Assembly (NCBI GenBank): GCA_011321845.1
Contig: DROQ01000096.1
Location: 19,510-83,509, forward strand
Direction of reading: 5' to 3'
DNA: 64,000 nt
From: Planctomycetota bacterium
GTDB taxonomy: Bacteria; Planctomycetota; UBA1135; GCA-002748355
The notes below the pieces were generated by a model. That model saw only the letters and a program-made list of their open reading frames with translations, ran no database searches and was not told the DNA's origin. This document shows positions 28,912-39,056 of the stretch, piece after piece. The stretch's first letter is position 1; each line of letters begins with the position of its first letter. Position numbers and translations under genes: made by a program.

Positions 28912-30410
28912 AGGCCAATCCCCCCCTCAAAGCGCCCTCCAAGCTCGCCCTGATCACAGTCTTCGCTCTCGCCTCCTGCTGGGGCAAGGCGGACTTCGAC
29001 CCCGGAGAGCTGGACCTCTCTTTCCCCGAGCGCTTCACGAGCGATCCACCCAGGGTTTCCAGGAAGGCTCTCTGGGAAGGCCAGCGCTGGTGGGAAAGCC
29101 TCCGCGCCCCTGAACTGGATCGACTCATCCGGGAAGGACTCGAAGGGAGCAGAAGCCTCGCAGCCGCCGCACAAAGGATCGCCGCCGCCCGCGCCCAGGC
29201 CGAGGCCGCGGGAGGCAGCCTCTATCCCCAGGTCAGCGCGGGTCTCTCGGGTTCTCGGACCAAGCAGATCTTCGTGGGCTTTCCCATCCCTGGCCGGAGC
29301 GGCCCCCTGAGCAGTCGGACCAACAGCTATGGCCTCTCGCTGAACCTCTCCTGGGAGCTGGATCTCTGGGGCAAGCTCTCCGCACAAGCCCGTTCGGCCA
29401 CCCTCGAAGCCAAACGGAGCGAAGAGCTGTACCAGGGAGCCGCCCTCAGTCTCTCGGGCCAGATGGCCAAAACATGGTTCGCCCTCATCGAAGCCAAGGA
29501 GCAGGAGAGGATCGCCAAGGGGACCCTGGAGACGGACAAGCAGATCCTCGGTTTCATCGAAGGGCGTTACCGCTCGGGCAAAAGCCGCCTGGTGGATGTC
29601 CAGCTCGCCAAGGAGCGGGCCATGAGTTCCGAGACGACCCTCGCGCGGGCAAAGCGCCTGGTAGCGCTGACGACGCGGCAGCTCGAGTATCTTTTGGGGC
29701 GACCCGCGCAAGGAACGCTCAGCAGCGCGACGAGGTTGCCCCCCCTTCCTCCCGCTCCGCCCGCCGGCCTCCCTGCCAGCCTCCTGGACCGAAGGCCCGA
29801 CCTGCGCGCTGCGCGCCTCGCCCTCCTCTCCCGCAAGGAACTCCAAAAGGCCAGCAAGGCATCCCTCTATCCCAGCCTCTCCCTGACCGCCAGCGCGGGA
29901 ACAAGGTCCAACCAGCTCAAGGATCTCATCGACGGGGACTTCAGCGTCTGGAGCCTGGCGGGAAACATCCTCCAGCCCATCTTCATGGGAGGGACCCTTC
30001 GCGCCCAGCTGCGCGCAAACCAGGCCCTGGCCGGAGCGAGCCTGCAGGACTTCGCCGACAAGGTGTTGAGGGCCCTCCTCGAGGTGGAGCAGGCTCTCAG
30101 CAACGAACAACATCTCCGCGAGGAACTCAAAGCAAGCCTCGCCTGGGTTTCAGCGGCCAAGGCTTCCGAAGCGACCACAAGCGACCGCTACCGCAGCGGC
30201 CGGGCCACCATCCTCGAAACTCTCAACGCGAAAAAGGCGCTCTTCCAGGCCCAATCCGCCCTGAGCGCCGTTCGCCGCAACCTCCTCCAAAACCGGGTCG
30301 ACCTCTGCCTCGCCATGGGTGGACGCCTCGACCCCCCTGAGACGAGTCCCCAAACTCCCAAACAGGGCGAGCAGCCCTCCAGTCCCGCCCCCGAGGTGAG
30401 CCGACGATGA
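28908..30410 (+). CDS. Efflux outer membrane factor (NodT/OprM-like lipoprotein)
   Basis: LAS-C lipobox, SWELDLWG, LLDRRPDL, LAMGG. Confidence 0.92.
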   Translation: MKANPPLKAPSKLALITVFALASCWGKADFDPGELDLSFPERFTSDPPRVSRKALWEGQRWWESLRAPELDRLIREGLEGSRSLAAAAQRIAAARAQAEAAGGSLYPQVSAGLSGSRTKQIFVGFPIPGRSGPLSSRTNSYGLSLNLSWELDLWGKLSAQARSATLEAKRSEELYQGAALSLSGQMAKTWFALIEAKEQERIAKGTLETDKQILGFIEGRYRSGKSRLVDVQLAKERAMSSETTLARAKRLVALTTRQLEYLLGRPAQGTLSSATRLPPLPPAPPAGLPASLLDRRPDLRAARLALLSRKELQKASKASLYPSLSLTASAGTRSNQLKDLIDGDFSVWSLAGNILQPIFMGGTLRAQLRANQALAGASLQDFADKVLRALLEVEQALSNEQHLREELKASLAWVSAAKASEATTSDRYRSGRATILETLNAKKALFQAQSALSAVRRNLLQNRVDLCLAMGGRLDPPETSPQTPKQGEQPSSPAPEVSRR

Positions 30411-31627
30411 CCGAACCAGAAAAACGTAGCGCCTTTTCCCTCTTTCTCGCCTGGGTCCTGCCGGTCCTTGTCCTCGGGATCGGGGTCTTTGGAACGATCC
30501 TGCTGATCAACAGCCGGACCCCTCCCAAGCGCATCCCTCCCAAAAAGCTCGTCCCTCTTGTGCGCTTCCACACGGCCCAGGCAAAGGAACACACCTTCAA
30601 GATCTCCACCAACGGGACGGTTCAAGCGGCGCACGAATCCTCCATCGTCGCCCTCGTCCCCGGCCAGATCGAATGGATCTCCAAAAAGCTCGAGGCCGGA
30701 CTCAAGGTGCACAAGGGCGAGGTCCTCATCAAGATCGACCCCCGCGATTTCCGCACCCAGATCGAAGCCGCCAAGGCCGGGGTGGCCAAGGCTCAGAGGC
30801 GCCTCGCCGAGGAGAAGAAGGAGGCCCAGCTCGCCTTGGAAGAGTGGAAACGATCCAAGCAAAAGGGGGAACCCGACCCCCTCCTCTTGAGAACACCCCA
30901 GATCGCAGAGGCCCGGGCAGACCTCAACGCCGCCCGGAACAACCTGGAGCAGGCCCAGCGCAACCTCGAACGCACCCAGGTCAAGGCCCCCTTCGAAGGC
31001 ATCATCGATAGCCGACTCGTGGACCTCGGCACCTGGGTGGGACCCGGGACTCCCCTCTTCCGCATCTTCTCCACCGATGCGGTCGAGGTGCGGCTCCCGG
31101 TGCGAACCGAGGACCTGGCTTGGATCGATCTCCCGAGCAACGGTCCCGCTCCCGTGGAGAGGACCAGCCTGCCGAGGGTCCGCCTGTCCACGCAGTTCGC
31201 CGGAAAGGAGGTCTGGTGGGAAGGCCATATCGTCCGCATGGAAGGCAAGATCGACCCCAAAAGCCGAATGGCCCACCTCATCGCCAGGGTGGAAGAGCCC
31301 TTCGCCAAGGCGCCCCCACTCTTCCCCGGACTCTTCGTCCGAGCCCGGATCCACGGGCGCAGGGTGGCCGAGGTCTTCGAGATCCCCCGGATGGCGATCC
31401 AGGAGGAACGCTTCGTCACCGTCATCGACTCGGAAAACCGGCTCCACCGAAAGAGGGTCGAAATCCTGAAAAAGAACCGGGACAGCGTGATCATCGGTTC
31501 CGGGATCCAGGCGGGACAGCGTCTTCTTCTCAGCTTCATCGAGACCGTCGTCGAAGGAATGAAGGTCCGCACAACAGGAGAAGGAGGGGCTCCAGGGGAA
31601 ACGAACGGCGGCGAGGAGAAGAAATGA
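30407..31627 (+). CDS. RND periplasmic adaptor (membrane fusion protein)
   Basis: TM, lipoyl halves (GEVLIKID, VKAPFEG), coiled hairpin, PGLFV. Confidence 0.92.
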   Translation: MTEPEKRSAFSLFLAWVLPVLVLGIGVFGTILLINSRTPPKRIPPKKLVPLVRFHTAQAKEHTFKISTNGTVQAAHESSIVALVPGQIEWISKKLEAGLKVHKGEVLIKIDPRDFRTQIEAAKAGVAKAQRRLAEEKKEAQLALEEWKRSKQKGEPDPLLLRTPQIAEARADLNAARNNLEQAQRNLERTQVKAPFEGIIDSRLVDLGTWVGPGTPLFRIFSTDAVEVRLPVRTEDLAWIDLPSNGPAPVERTSLPRVRLSTQFAGKEVWWEGHIVRMEGKIDPKSRMAHLIARVEEPFAKAPPLFPGLFVRARIHGRRVAEVFEIPRMAIQEERFVTVIDSENRLHRKRVEILKKNRDSVIIGSGIQAGQRLLLSFIETVVEGMKVRTTGEGGAPGETNGGEEKK

Positions 31628-34600
31628 AAAAATGGGTCGAATGGTTCGCCGAGAACTCCGTTGCGGCCAATCTCTTGATGTTCCTGGTTGTCGTCGGCGG
31701 TTTTTTGACGATGTTCCAGTTGCGCAAGGAGGTCATCCCTGAAATCAACACGGAGCGGATCACCATCACGGTCCCCTACCCCGGCGCGACTCCCAGCGAG
31801 GTGGAGGAATCCATCTGCGTCAAGATCGAAGAAGAGGTCCAGGACCTCGCGGACATCAAGCGTGTCACCTCTTCCTCCCAGGAGGGGGTCGGTGTGGTCG
31901 TCATCGAAGCCCTCGAAGGGAGCGACATGGGCAAGCTCCTGGGAGAGGTCAAGAACCGGGTGGACGCCATCGACACCTTCCCCGAGGACGCCAAGGAGCT
32001 GGTCGTGCAGCAACTGGAGGTGCAGACCGAGGTGCTGACGATCGCCCTCGCGGCACCTACCTCCGAGATGGGCCTGCGCCGCTTGGGGGAACGGATTCGT
32101 GACGAGATCTCCGTCCTGGACGGGATCACGCGGGTGGACCTGATCGGGGGGCGGCCCTTCGAAATCAAGATCCAGGTTTCGGAGGAGAACCTTCGCAAGT
32201 GGGGTCTCAACTTCAGCCAGGTCGCCGATGCGATCCGGATGTCGAGCCTGGATCTCCCGGCGGGGACCCTGAAGACGCGAGGAGGTGAAGTCCTGATCCG
32301 CGGAATCGGACAGGCTTACGACCCCAAGGCGTTCGAAGAGATCCCGGTTCTCACGCAACCCGGAGGGGAGCGGGTCCTCCTTGGCGATGTGGCCAAGGTC
32401 GTGGACGGGTTCGAGGACATCGCGACCAGAACGCTTTTCGACGGCAAGAACTCGCTCCTGATCAAGGTCTACCGAGTGGGAGACCAGAGCGCGATCGCCG
32501 TCGCGGAAACCACCAAGGAATACCTCAAGCGCAAGCAACAGCAGCTCCCCGAAGGAGTGTCGCTCACGGTTTGGCTCGACAACGCGCGCTTGCTCAACGG
32601 GCGCCTCGACCTCCTCATGCGCAACGGGCGCATCGGGCTCCTTCTTGTGTTCCTGACCCTGGCCCTCTTCCTCCGGCTCAGGCTTGCCTTCTGGACCGCC
32701 TTCGGCATCCCGGTCTCCTTTCTGGGCGCCCTTTGGCTGCTTCCCGGACTCGAGGTCACGATCAACCTCATCTCCCTCTTCGGCTTCATCGTCGTCCTGG
32801 GGATCGTGGTCGATGACGCAATCGTCGTGGGCGAGAACGTCTTCTCCCATCTCGCCCGTGGCAAACCCATCAAGCAGGCGATCAAGGACGGAACCACCGA
32901 AGTCCTGGTCCCCGTGGTCTTCGCCGTCCTCACGACCATCGCCGCCTTTCTCCCCATGCTCGGCCTCCCTGGTACCTATGGGCAGTTTTCGCGCAACATC
33001 CCTTTGGTCGTCATCGCTTGCCTTTGCTTCAGCCTGGTCGAATCCCTCTTCGTCCTTCCAAGCCACTTGAGACACCTCAAAGTGGAGACCAGGGACCCCC
33101 TTGGGTGGAACCGGCTCTGGCTCGCCTTCCAATCCATCTTTACCAAGGGACTCGACCAGTTCATCCGCTTCGTGTACCGGCCCAGTCTCGACTTCCTCCT
33201 GCGCTGGCGTTACCTGACTCTTGCGGCGGGGGTTGCAACCTTTCTCCTCACGGTGGGAATGGTCGGGGCCGGCTGGCTCAAGTTCACCTTTTTCCCCAAG
33301 ATCGACGCCGACAATGTCTCCTGCGCATTGACGATGCCCATCGGAACTCCCGCCGAAGCGACGCAAGAAGCCTTGGACCGAATCACGAAGGCGGTGGACC
33401 AGCTCAAGGCGGAGTTTGAAAAAACCCCGGGGAGCATCATCCGGCACACCCTCTCCACCTTGGGCTCCCAGCCCTATCGAATCCAACAGTCGAGGAATTC
33501 GGGAGGGGGACTCCTCCAATCGCGGCCCGTCTCCCACCTCGGCGAAGTGACCCTCGAACTCTCGCCCTCCGAAAACCGCCACATCAGCAGCCGCAAGATC
33601 GCCGACCGCTGGAGGGAGCTGGTCGGAAAGATCCCCGACGCCCTCGAACTCAGCTTTACAGGAGACCTCGTCTCCAGCGGAGCGGACATCAGCCTGCAGC
33701 TGACCAGCCCTGACATCGCCATCCTCCGTAAGGCCCGCAAGGAGGTCAAGGCGGTCCTCGCCTCCTACCCGGGTGTCTACGATCTCTCGGACTCCTTCCG
33801 GGTGGGGAAAAAGGAGATGCACCTCCGCTTGAAACCCAGCGCGGAGCCTCTGGGCCTGAGACAAGTTCCACTTTCGCGGCAGGTCCGGCAAGCGGTCTAT
33901 GGTGAGGAGGCCCAGCGTGTCCAGCGGGGGCGGGATGACGTCCCGGTCATGGTCCGCTATCCCGACAAGGACCTCAAGAGTCTCTACGCCATCGAAGACA
34001 TGAGGCTCCGGTTTCCCGGCGGAGACGAGATCCCCCTCAGCACAGTCGCCGACGTCTCCTTCGCGAGAACCCTCGCAGAGATCAAACGATCCGATCGCAA
34101 CCGGGCCGTGCTCGTCAAGGCGAACGTGGACAAGGACAAGGGAGACCAGGAGAAGATCCTCTCGGATCTCAAGCAGCACATCCTTCCCCAAATGAGGCTT
34201 CGATATCCGGGGCTCAACTTTTCCTTCGAGGGAACGCAGCGGGAGCAGCGCTCCTTCATGGAAGGAATGAAGAAGCAGGCGCTCTTTTCGATCATCCTGA
34301 TCTTCATCCTCCTCGCCATCCCCTTCCGCTCCTACCTGCAACCCTTGATCGTGATGTCGGTCATCCCCTTCGGGATCGTAGGAGCGGTCTGGGGGCACCT
34401 CCTCCTGGGGATGGATCTGACCATGATGTCCCTCATCGGACTCCTCGCGCTCTCGGGGGTGGTCGTCAATGACAGCCTGGTCGTAGTCGACTTCATCAAC
34501 CGGGCGCGGCGCAAGGGCCTGGACTTGCACAAGGCGGTCCGCGAAGCGGGTGCGCGGCGTTTTCGCCCCATTCTCTTGACTTCGGCGACCACTTTCGCGG

Positions 34601-34806
34601 GGCTGACCCCCATGCTCCTCGAAAAGAGCCTGCAGGCGCGGTTCTTGATCCCCATGGCGGTGTCCCTGGGGTTCGGCATCGTCTTTTCGACGGTGATCAC
34701 CCTCATTCTCGTGCCCTGCCTCTACCTCGTTCTCGAAGATGTCACGGGGGGCCGCCGTGGTCTGGGCGACGTGGATTCGGAGGGGGAGAGGAGGAAAAGC
34801 CCATAA
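31624..34806 (+). CDS. RND efflux permease (AcrB/AcrD/AcrF family)
   Basis: YPGATPSEVE, GIVVDDAIVVGEN, GVVVNDS, RFRPILLTS. Confidence 0.95.
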   Translation: MKKWVEWFAENSVAANLLMFLVVVGGFLTMFQLRKEVIPEINTERITITVPYPGATPSEVEESICVKIEEEVQDLADIKRVTSSSQEGVGVVVIEALEGSDMGKLLGEVKNRVDAIDTFPEDAKELVVQQLEVQTEVLTIALAAPTSEMGLRRLGERIRDEISVLDGITRVDLIGGRPFEIKIQVSEENLRKWGLNFSQVADAIRMSSLDLPAGTLKTRGGEVLIRGIGQAYDPKAFEEIPVLTQPGGERVLLGDVAKVVDGFEDIATRTLFDGKNSLLIKVYRVGDQSAIAVAETTKEYLKRKQQQLPEGVSLTVWLDNARLLNGRLDLLMRNGRIGLLLVFLTLALFLRLRLAFWTAFGIPVSFLGALWLLPGLEVTINLISLFGFIVVLGIVVDDAIVVGENVFSHLARGKPIKQAIKDGTTEVLVPVVFAVLTTIAAFLPMLGLPGTYGQFSRNIPLVVIACLCFSLVESLFVLPSHLRHLKVETRDPLGWNRLWLAFQSIFTKGLDQFIRFVYRPSLDFLLRWRYLTLAAGVATFLLTVGMVGAGWLKFTFFPKIDADNVSCALTMPIGTPAEATQEALDRITKAVDQLKAEFEKTPGSIIRHTLSTLGSQPYRIQQSRNSGGGLLQSRPVSHLGEVTLELSPSENRHISSRKIADRWRELVGKIPDALELSFTGDLVSSGADISLQLTSPDIAILRKARKEVKAVLASYPGVYDLSDSFRVGKKEMHLRLKPSAEPLGLRQVPLSRQVRQAVYGEEAQRVQRGRDDVPVMVRYPDKDLKSLYAIEDMRLRFPGGDEIPLSTVADVSFARTLAEIKRSDRNRAVLVKANVDKDKGDQEKILSDLKQHILPQMRLRYPGLNFSFEGTQREQRSFMEGMKKQALFSIILIFILLAIPFRSYLQPLIVMSVIPFGIVGAVWGHLLLGMDLTMMSLIGLLALSGVVVNDSLVVVDFINRARRKGLDLHKAVREAGARRFRPILLTSATTFAGLTPMLLEKSLQARFLIPMAVSLGFGIVFSTVITLILVPCLYLVLEDVTGGRRGLGDVDSEGERRKSP

Positions 34807-34852
34807 AAAAGAAAAAGAGTAGGGAAGGGCCGGGTGGGCCAGGCCCTTCCCT
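34804..34852. terminator. Strong hairpin after the RND operon; U-tract lies on the minus strand
   Basis: AGGGAAGGGCC (34821-31) / GGCCCTTCCCT (34842-52), preceded by an A-rich run. Confidence 0.65.
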
Positions 34853-34997
34853 CTCAAGGGCACCGAGAAAATGGGTTTTCTCAGAACGAATCAGCATAAG
34901 TGGTATGGGAGATCTTTCCAGGGGGGGAACAAGCACCTATCGAGGGAAAAACTCCAGACATGGCCTGGATGGCTGCGCTTTGGGGTAGATTGAGCGC

Positions 34998-36032
34998 ATG
35001 CTCAGCCTTCTTCTGACCTGCTCCCTCAGCGCCATGGCCTTGCAGGATCCCGGCCCTCCCAAGGGAGAAGCGGTCCGGGGCATCACGATCTCCACCCATG
35101 GAATGGGTCGGGAATGGGCCGACCCAGAGGTGATGCAGCCCACGCTCAAAAAAATCCTGGAAACCGGGGCTGAATGGATCGCCTTGCATCCCTATGCCCG
35201 GATCCACGAAGATGGGCGCGTCACCTGGAGGAGGCGGAAAAATGGGGGGACACCCTCCTATTGGAGCAAACCGATCGCGCTTGCCCACAAAGCTGGGCTC
35301 AAGATCCTGATCAAGCCGCACATCGCCTACTGGGGTACCCGCTTCGCCTGGCGGGGGGAAATCGCGTTCAAGACGGAAGCGGAGTGGGAGCGTTTTTTTC
35401 AAGGATATCGGGATTGGATCCTGGCCCTCGCCGAGGCTTCCAGGGATGCGGACGGGTTTGTCGTGGGGACGGAACTGGACAAGACCCTGGGGCGGGAAAA
35501 GGAATGGAGGGCCCTGATCGCGGAAGTGCGCAAGAGGACGAAGGCACCCCTGACCTATGCAGCGAACTGGACGGACTATGAACGTGTCCCTTTTTGGGAC
35601 GCCTTGGATGTAGTCGGGATCCAGGCTTATTTCCCTCTGACCGAGGCGAGGAGGCCCGACGACCGGGAACTGGACCGGGCTTGGGAAGAGCGGATGAAAA
35701 AGCTGAGGGCCTTTGCGAAGAAAACGAACCGCAACATCGTGTTCACCGAGATCGGTTACAATCGCAGTCACAAGGCGGCCCGGGAGCCATGGACCTACCG
35801 GACGGACGGAGCGGACGCCAAGCCCTTGCAGCGGCGCTGCCTGGGTGCGGCCCTGCGAGCCATCGAAAGAGAGCCCTGCGTCCTGGGTGCCTTTTTATGG
35901 AAGTGGTTCCCGGAGCCCTACCCGGTGGGGAGGAACTTCCAGTTGGCGACCAAGGAAATTCGTGCTTTGATCCGAAAGCACTGGCGCCCCGAGGAAAGGA
36001 AAAAGGCCAAGAAGCAAACCTCCGGGCGCTGA
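34998..36032 (+). CDS. Secreted glycoside hydrolase, GH113-like TIM barrel
   Basis: LIKPH, WRGEI, VGTEL, TYAANW, FWDALD..AYFPL, FTEIGY, WKW. Confidence 0.8.
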   Translation: MLSLLLTCSLSAMALQDPGPPKGEAVRGITISTHGMGREWADPEVMQPTLKKILETGAEWIALHPYARIHEDGRVTWRRRKNGGTPSYWSKPIALAHKAGLKILIKPHIAYWGTRFAWRGEIAFKTEAEWERFFQGYRDWILALAEASRDADGFVVGTELDKTLGREKEWRALIAEVRKRTKAPLTYAANWTDYERVPFWDALDVVGIQAYFPLTEARRPDDRELDRAWEERMKKLRAFAKKTNRNIVFTEIGYNRSHKAAREPWTYRTDGADAKPLQRRCLGAALRAIEREPCVLGAFLWKWFPEPYPVGRNFQLATKEIRALIRKHWRPEERKKAKKQTSGR

Positions 36033-36044
36033 CCCGCATGATTC

Positions 36045-39000
36045 ATGAGCCCTGAACGGACCCAGCCCCTGCCTTCCCTGGAAAGCTTTGCTGATCGTTT
36101 CCTCCAGACGGTAAGCCGAAGGAGGCCCAAGAAACCCGGCGACCCCAGGCTTCTCTGCCTTGTGCCCTCGGCCCTCTTCGCCGAGGAATGCGCCCACCGT
36201 CTTCTCGAACGCTGCGGCTCGACCGCCGGGGTCGCCTTCCACACCCCCAACTCCCTCTCCCGTATCCTCTCCGAGGAAAGCGGGACACCCATGTTTCCGG
36301 CGGTTGGGCGGGCGGCGGTCCAAGCCTGGATGGAGCATCGGCTTGGAGCGATTCCTGCGGATGAGAGAGCACACCGTTCCAAGGTTTTGGAGGAGGACCT
36401 GGCCTACATAAAGCGTTTTCCCAAGGCGCGGCGGGCGCTCGTGGAAGCTCTCCTCCTCACCCGCCTGCATGGCTGCCGATCCAAGAACGACCTCCCTGAT
36501 TCCCGAGGGGGTCGATTGCTGGGCCTCTTTCTCGAACCCTTCGCCCAAGCCCTGGAACAGGCAGGCCTGGCCGATCCGGCCCGCCGCCTGGAAGCCGGCC
36601 TGGCCCAGCTCCCCGGCTGGCTCGCCGCCAAAGAATGGGTGTCCCTCATCGCCTTTCCGGCGGCGGCGCAGAGTCCGGAGTTTTTGGCCTACGCGGAATG
36701 CTTGCAAGGAGCTGGGGGAGCGCTTGTGAAGGAGGAACGGGCGGAGGCGTTTCCCAGAATCCTTCCGGAGCTTCATTTTTTTTCGGCGCAGGGGGAGGAG
36801 GTCGAAACCGAGGAAGCGCTGGAGCGGATCCGGGGGCTGCTCGAGAAAGGAGTGCGCCCGGACCGGGTTGCTCTGTCCTTTGTCCAGGGGGAGCCCTACC
36901 TGCGGCTCATCGAGGAACGGGCGGATCGAATCGGACTGCCGCTACGGCCGACCAAGGGGATGGCGGTCCGTTTGACGGGGCGGGGTCGAGCAGGAAGGAA
37001 CTGGTTGCGCTTTGTGCTCCTGGACGCGCCTTCGGAGCTGAGGGCCAAGGTTCTCCTGGAGCCTTTGCTCAAAGGGACGGGCAATGCGGCAGCGGCCGCC
37101 CTCGACCGGAGGGCGCGGGACGAAGGGTTCATAGGCGGGTTGGAGGAACTCCAATCCTTGTTCACGGAACTCCCGCAAGAGGTGGAGGGGCATGCCGCCC
37201 TGAGGAAGTTCCTCCGCGACTGCCTGGCGCTCCGCGAGGACCTCCTCGCAGCTCCCAGGACGAGCGCGCGCTGCCAGCTCCTGGCCGAGGGCATGCGAGA
37301 CCAGATTCTCCTCCCCACCGGGAAAGAGGACCCCCTCCTTCGGACGCTCCAATCCTTGGCACAGGCGCGGGAGCTTTTGCCCCCGGACCATGCCCCCTGG
37401 TCGCTCGAAACGATGGCGCAGCTGTTCGAGGAGCTGCTCGAGGAAAGCTCCCTCCCCCTCCCCCAGACCGCGAAGGAAGGAATCCGCGTCCTCCCCCTTC
37501 AAAGGATGGGTGTCCTCGATTTCGACCATATTTTCGTCCTTGGCTGCCTGAGGGGCAGCTGGCCCAGGGCGCAGCGCCCCCATCCATGGCTGTCCCCCAA
37601 GGATCTCGAGTTCCTGGGAGCCAGGCCTCAAGAAGAGCAGGAGCGGGAAAGGCTCCACCTCCTCCTCCGAAAAGCGCGGCGCTCCCTCTGCCTCTCCTAC
37701 CCCGGCGTCGATCTCCGCGCCAGGCCCAAGTCCCCCTCCCCCTGGCTCGAAGAACTCCGCGCGCTGAAGGGGGACACCCATCCCTTGCGCCCCGTCAGCG
37801 CCTCGCCCCGGGAGCGGCTGAGGCGGCGAGAGGTCGAGCGGATGGGGCTCTCCGAACTGGAGGCTATGACCCTGGCGGCTTTTGAGCGCAAGGACACCGC
37901 CCTGCGCCACTTCGGAGGGCGGGTCCCCTGTGTTCCTCCCCGGGGCGCCGAGTTCATCGCCCAGCGCGACCGCTTCCGCCCCGGCGAGGAGGCTGGCCCC
38001 TTCGACGCTCTCGGGCTCGGCCCCAGCCTCCAGGAGGACCAGCCCCTCTCGGTTACCGCTTTCGAAGACCTGGGGACCTGCCCTCTTCGTTTTTTCTTCC
38101 AGCACATCCTGGGCCTTCGCCCCCTTCCCCCGGAGCCGAGCATCGACCTTGTCTCCGCCCTCGACCGTGGTTCTGCCGTGCACCGCATCCTTCAAAAGGT
38201 CTTTGAGACCCTGATCGCAAAAGGCCTCTTCGATGAGGACCCCCTCCCCCTCGAAGCCTGCCTGGATGTCGGGCTCCAGGAGATGGGACGCCTCCTGCGC
38301 GCGGAGGCGGACCGACTCATGTCTCGCCAGTTTCTTCGCTTCCCCCGGCTTCGGCAGGAGGTCCTGGCCCTCTGGGGAAAAAGTCTCGAAGGCCAGCTCA
38401 GGCTCGATCTGCAGGACCTCGCCGCCACCCACAGCCGCCCCGTGGACCTCGAGAAAAAGCTGCAGGCCGCCCTCGTTTTTCGCAAGCAAGGCGAACAAGG
38501 CCCCAAGGAGAGCCGCCCCATCCTTCTCAAGGGCAAGTACGACCGTCTCGACCAGCTCCCGAGTGGGCGTTTTCGCATCCTCGACTACAAGACCGGTTCC
38601 AGTGCCAGGTCCATCTCGCGCAGAGAAGTTCTCCAGGGACACAAGACCCAGCTCTACCTCTACCAGAGACTCTTCCTCGAATCGGATCCCAGCCGAGGGG
38701 GTTCGGACCTCCTCCATCCCCTCGCCGCCCTTCGGGGCGTCGGCCCCAAGTTCCTCGTCCAGGAGAACGGTCCTCTCCCCGAGGCAGGGCTGGATGAAGA
38801 CTTTTGGGAGGATCCCCTCAAAAGCCAGCTCGAGGACAGCCTCGCTACTCTGGTGGAGCTTTGCGATCGTGGGAACTTCCCCTTCGAAGCAAAGTCGGGA
38901 ATCTGCAGCCACTGTGACTTCCAAAAGGCCTGCCCCCGGCACCACAGCCCCAGCCAGGACCGCATGGCCCGGGAGCCCAGGGCCGCCGAATACCAAAAAC

Positions 39001-39056
39001 TCCAGAGCAAGCGGGCGCCCCGGAAAAAAGCTTCTTCTCGGAGGCCCAAACTGTGA
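36045..39056 (+). CDS. addB: AddB-like PD-(D/E)XK nuclease subunit with Fe-S staple
   Basis: CPLRFF, GSAVH, GKYDRLD..ILDYKT, QLYLY, CSHCDFQKAC. Confidence 0.8.
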   Translation: MSPERTQPLPSLESFADRFLQTVSRRRPKKPGDPRLLCLVPSALFAEECAHRLLERCGSTAGVAFHTPNSLSRILSEESGTPMFPAVGRAAVQAWMEHRLGAIPADERAHRSKVLEEDLAYIKRFPKARRALVEALLLTRLHGCRSKNDLPDSRGGRLLGLFLEPFAQALEQAGLADPARRLEAGLAQLPGWLAAKEWVSLIAFPAAAQSPEFLAYAECLQGAGGALVKEERAEAFPRILPELHFFSAQGEEVETEEALERIRGLLEKGVRPDRVALSFVQGEPYLRLIEERADRIGLPLRPTKGMAVRLTGRGRAGRNWLRFVLLDAPSELRAKVLLEPLLKGTGNAAAAALDRRARDEGFIGGLEELQSLFTELPQEVEGHAALRKFLRDCLALREDLLAAPRTSARCQLLAEGMRDQILLPTGKEDPLLRTLQSLAQARELLPPDHAPWSLETMAQLFEELLEESSLPLPQTAKEGIRVLPLQRMGVLDFDHIFVLGCLRGSWPRAQRPHPWLSPKDLEFLGARPQEEQERERLHLLLRKARRSLCLSYPGVDLRARPKSPSPWLEELRALKGDTHPLRPVSASPRERLRRREVERMGLSELEAMTLAAFERKDTALRHFGGRVPCVPPRGAEFIAQRDRFRPGEEAGPFDALGLGPSLQEDQPLSVTAFEDLGTCPLRFFFQHILGLRPLPPEPSIDLVSALDRGSAVHRILQKVFETLIAKGLFDEDPLPLEACLDVGLQEMGRLLRAEADRLMSRQFLRFPRLRQEVLALWGKSLEGQLRLDLQDLAATHSRPVDLEKKLQAALVFRKQGEQGPKESRPILLKGKYDRLDQLPSGRFRILDYKTGSSARSISRREVLQGHKTQLYLYQRLFLESDPSRGGSDLLHPLAALRGVGPKFLVQENGPLPEAGLDEDFWEDPLKSQLEDSLATLVELCDRGNFPFEAKSGICSHCDFQKACPRHHSPSQDRMAREPRAAEYQKLQSKRAPRKKASSRRPKL

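Noticed and set aside
30793-34863. 1356-aa minus-strand ORF
   Set aside because: Antisense shadow of the well-supported MFP/RND genes; no motifs; expected from GC-rich codon bias
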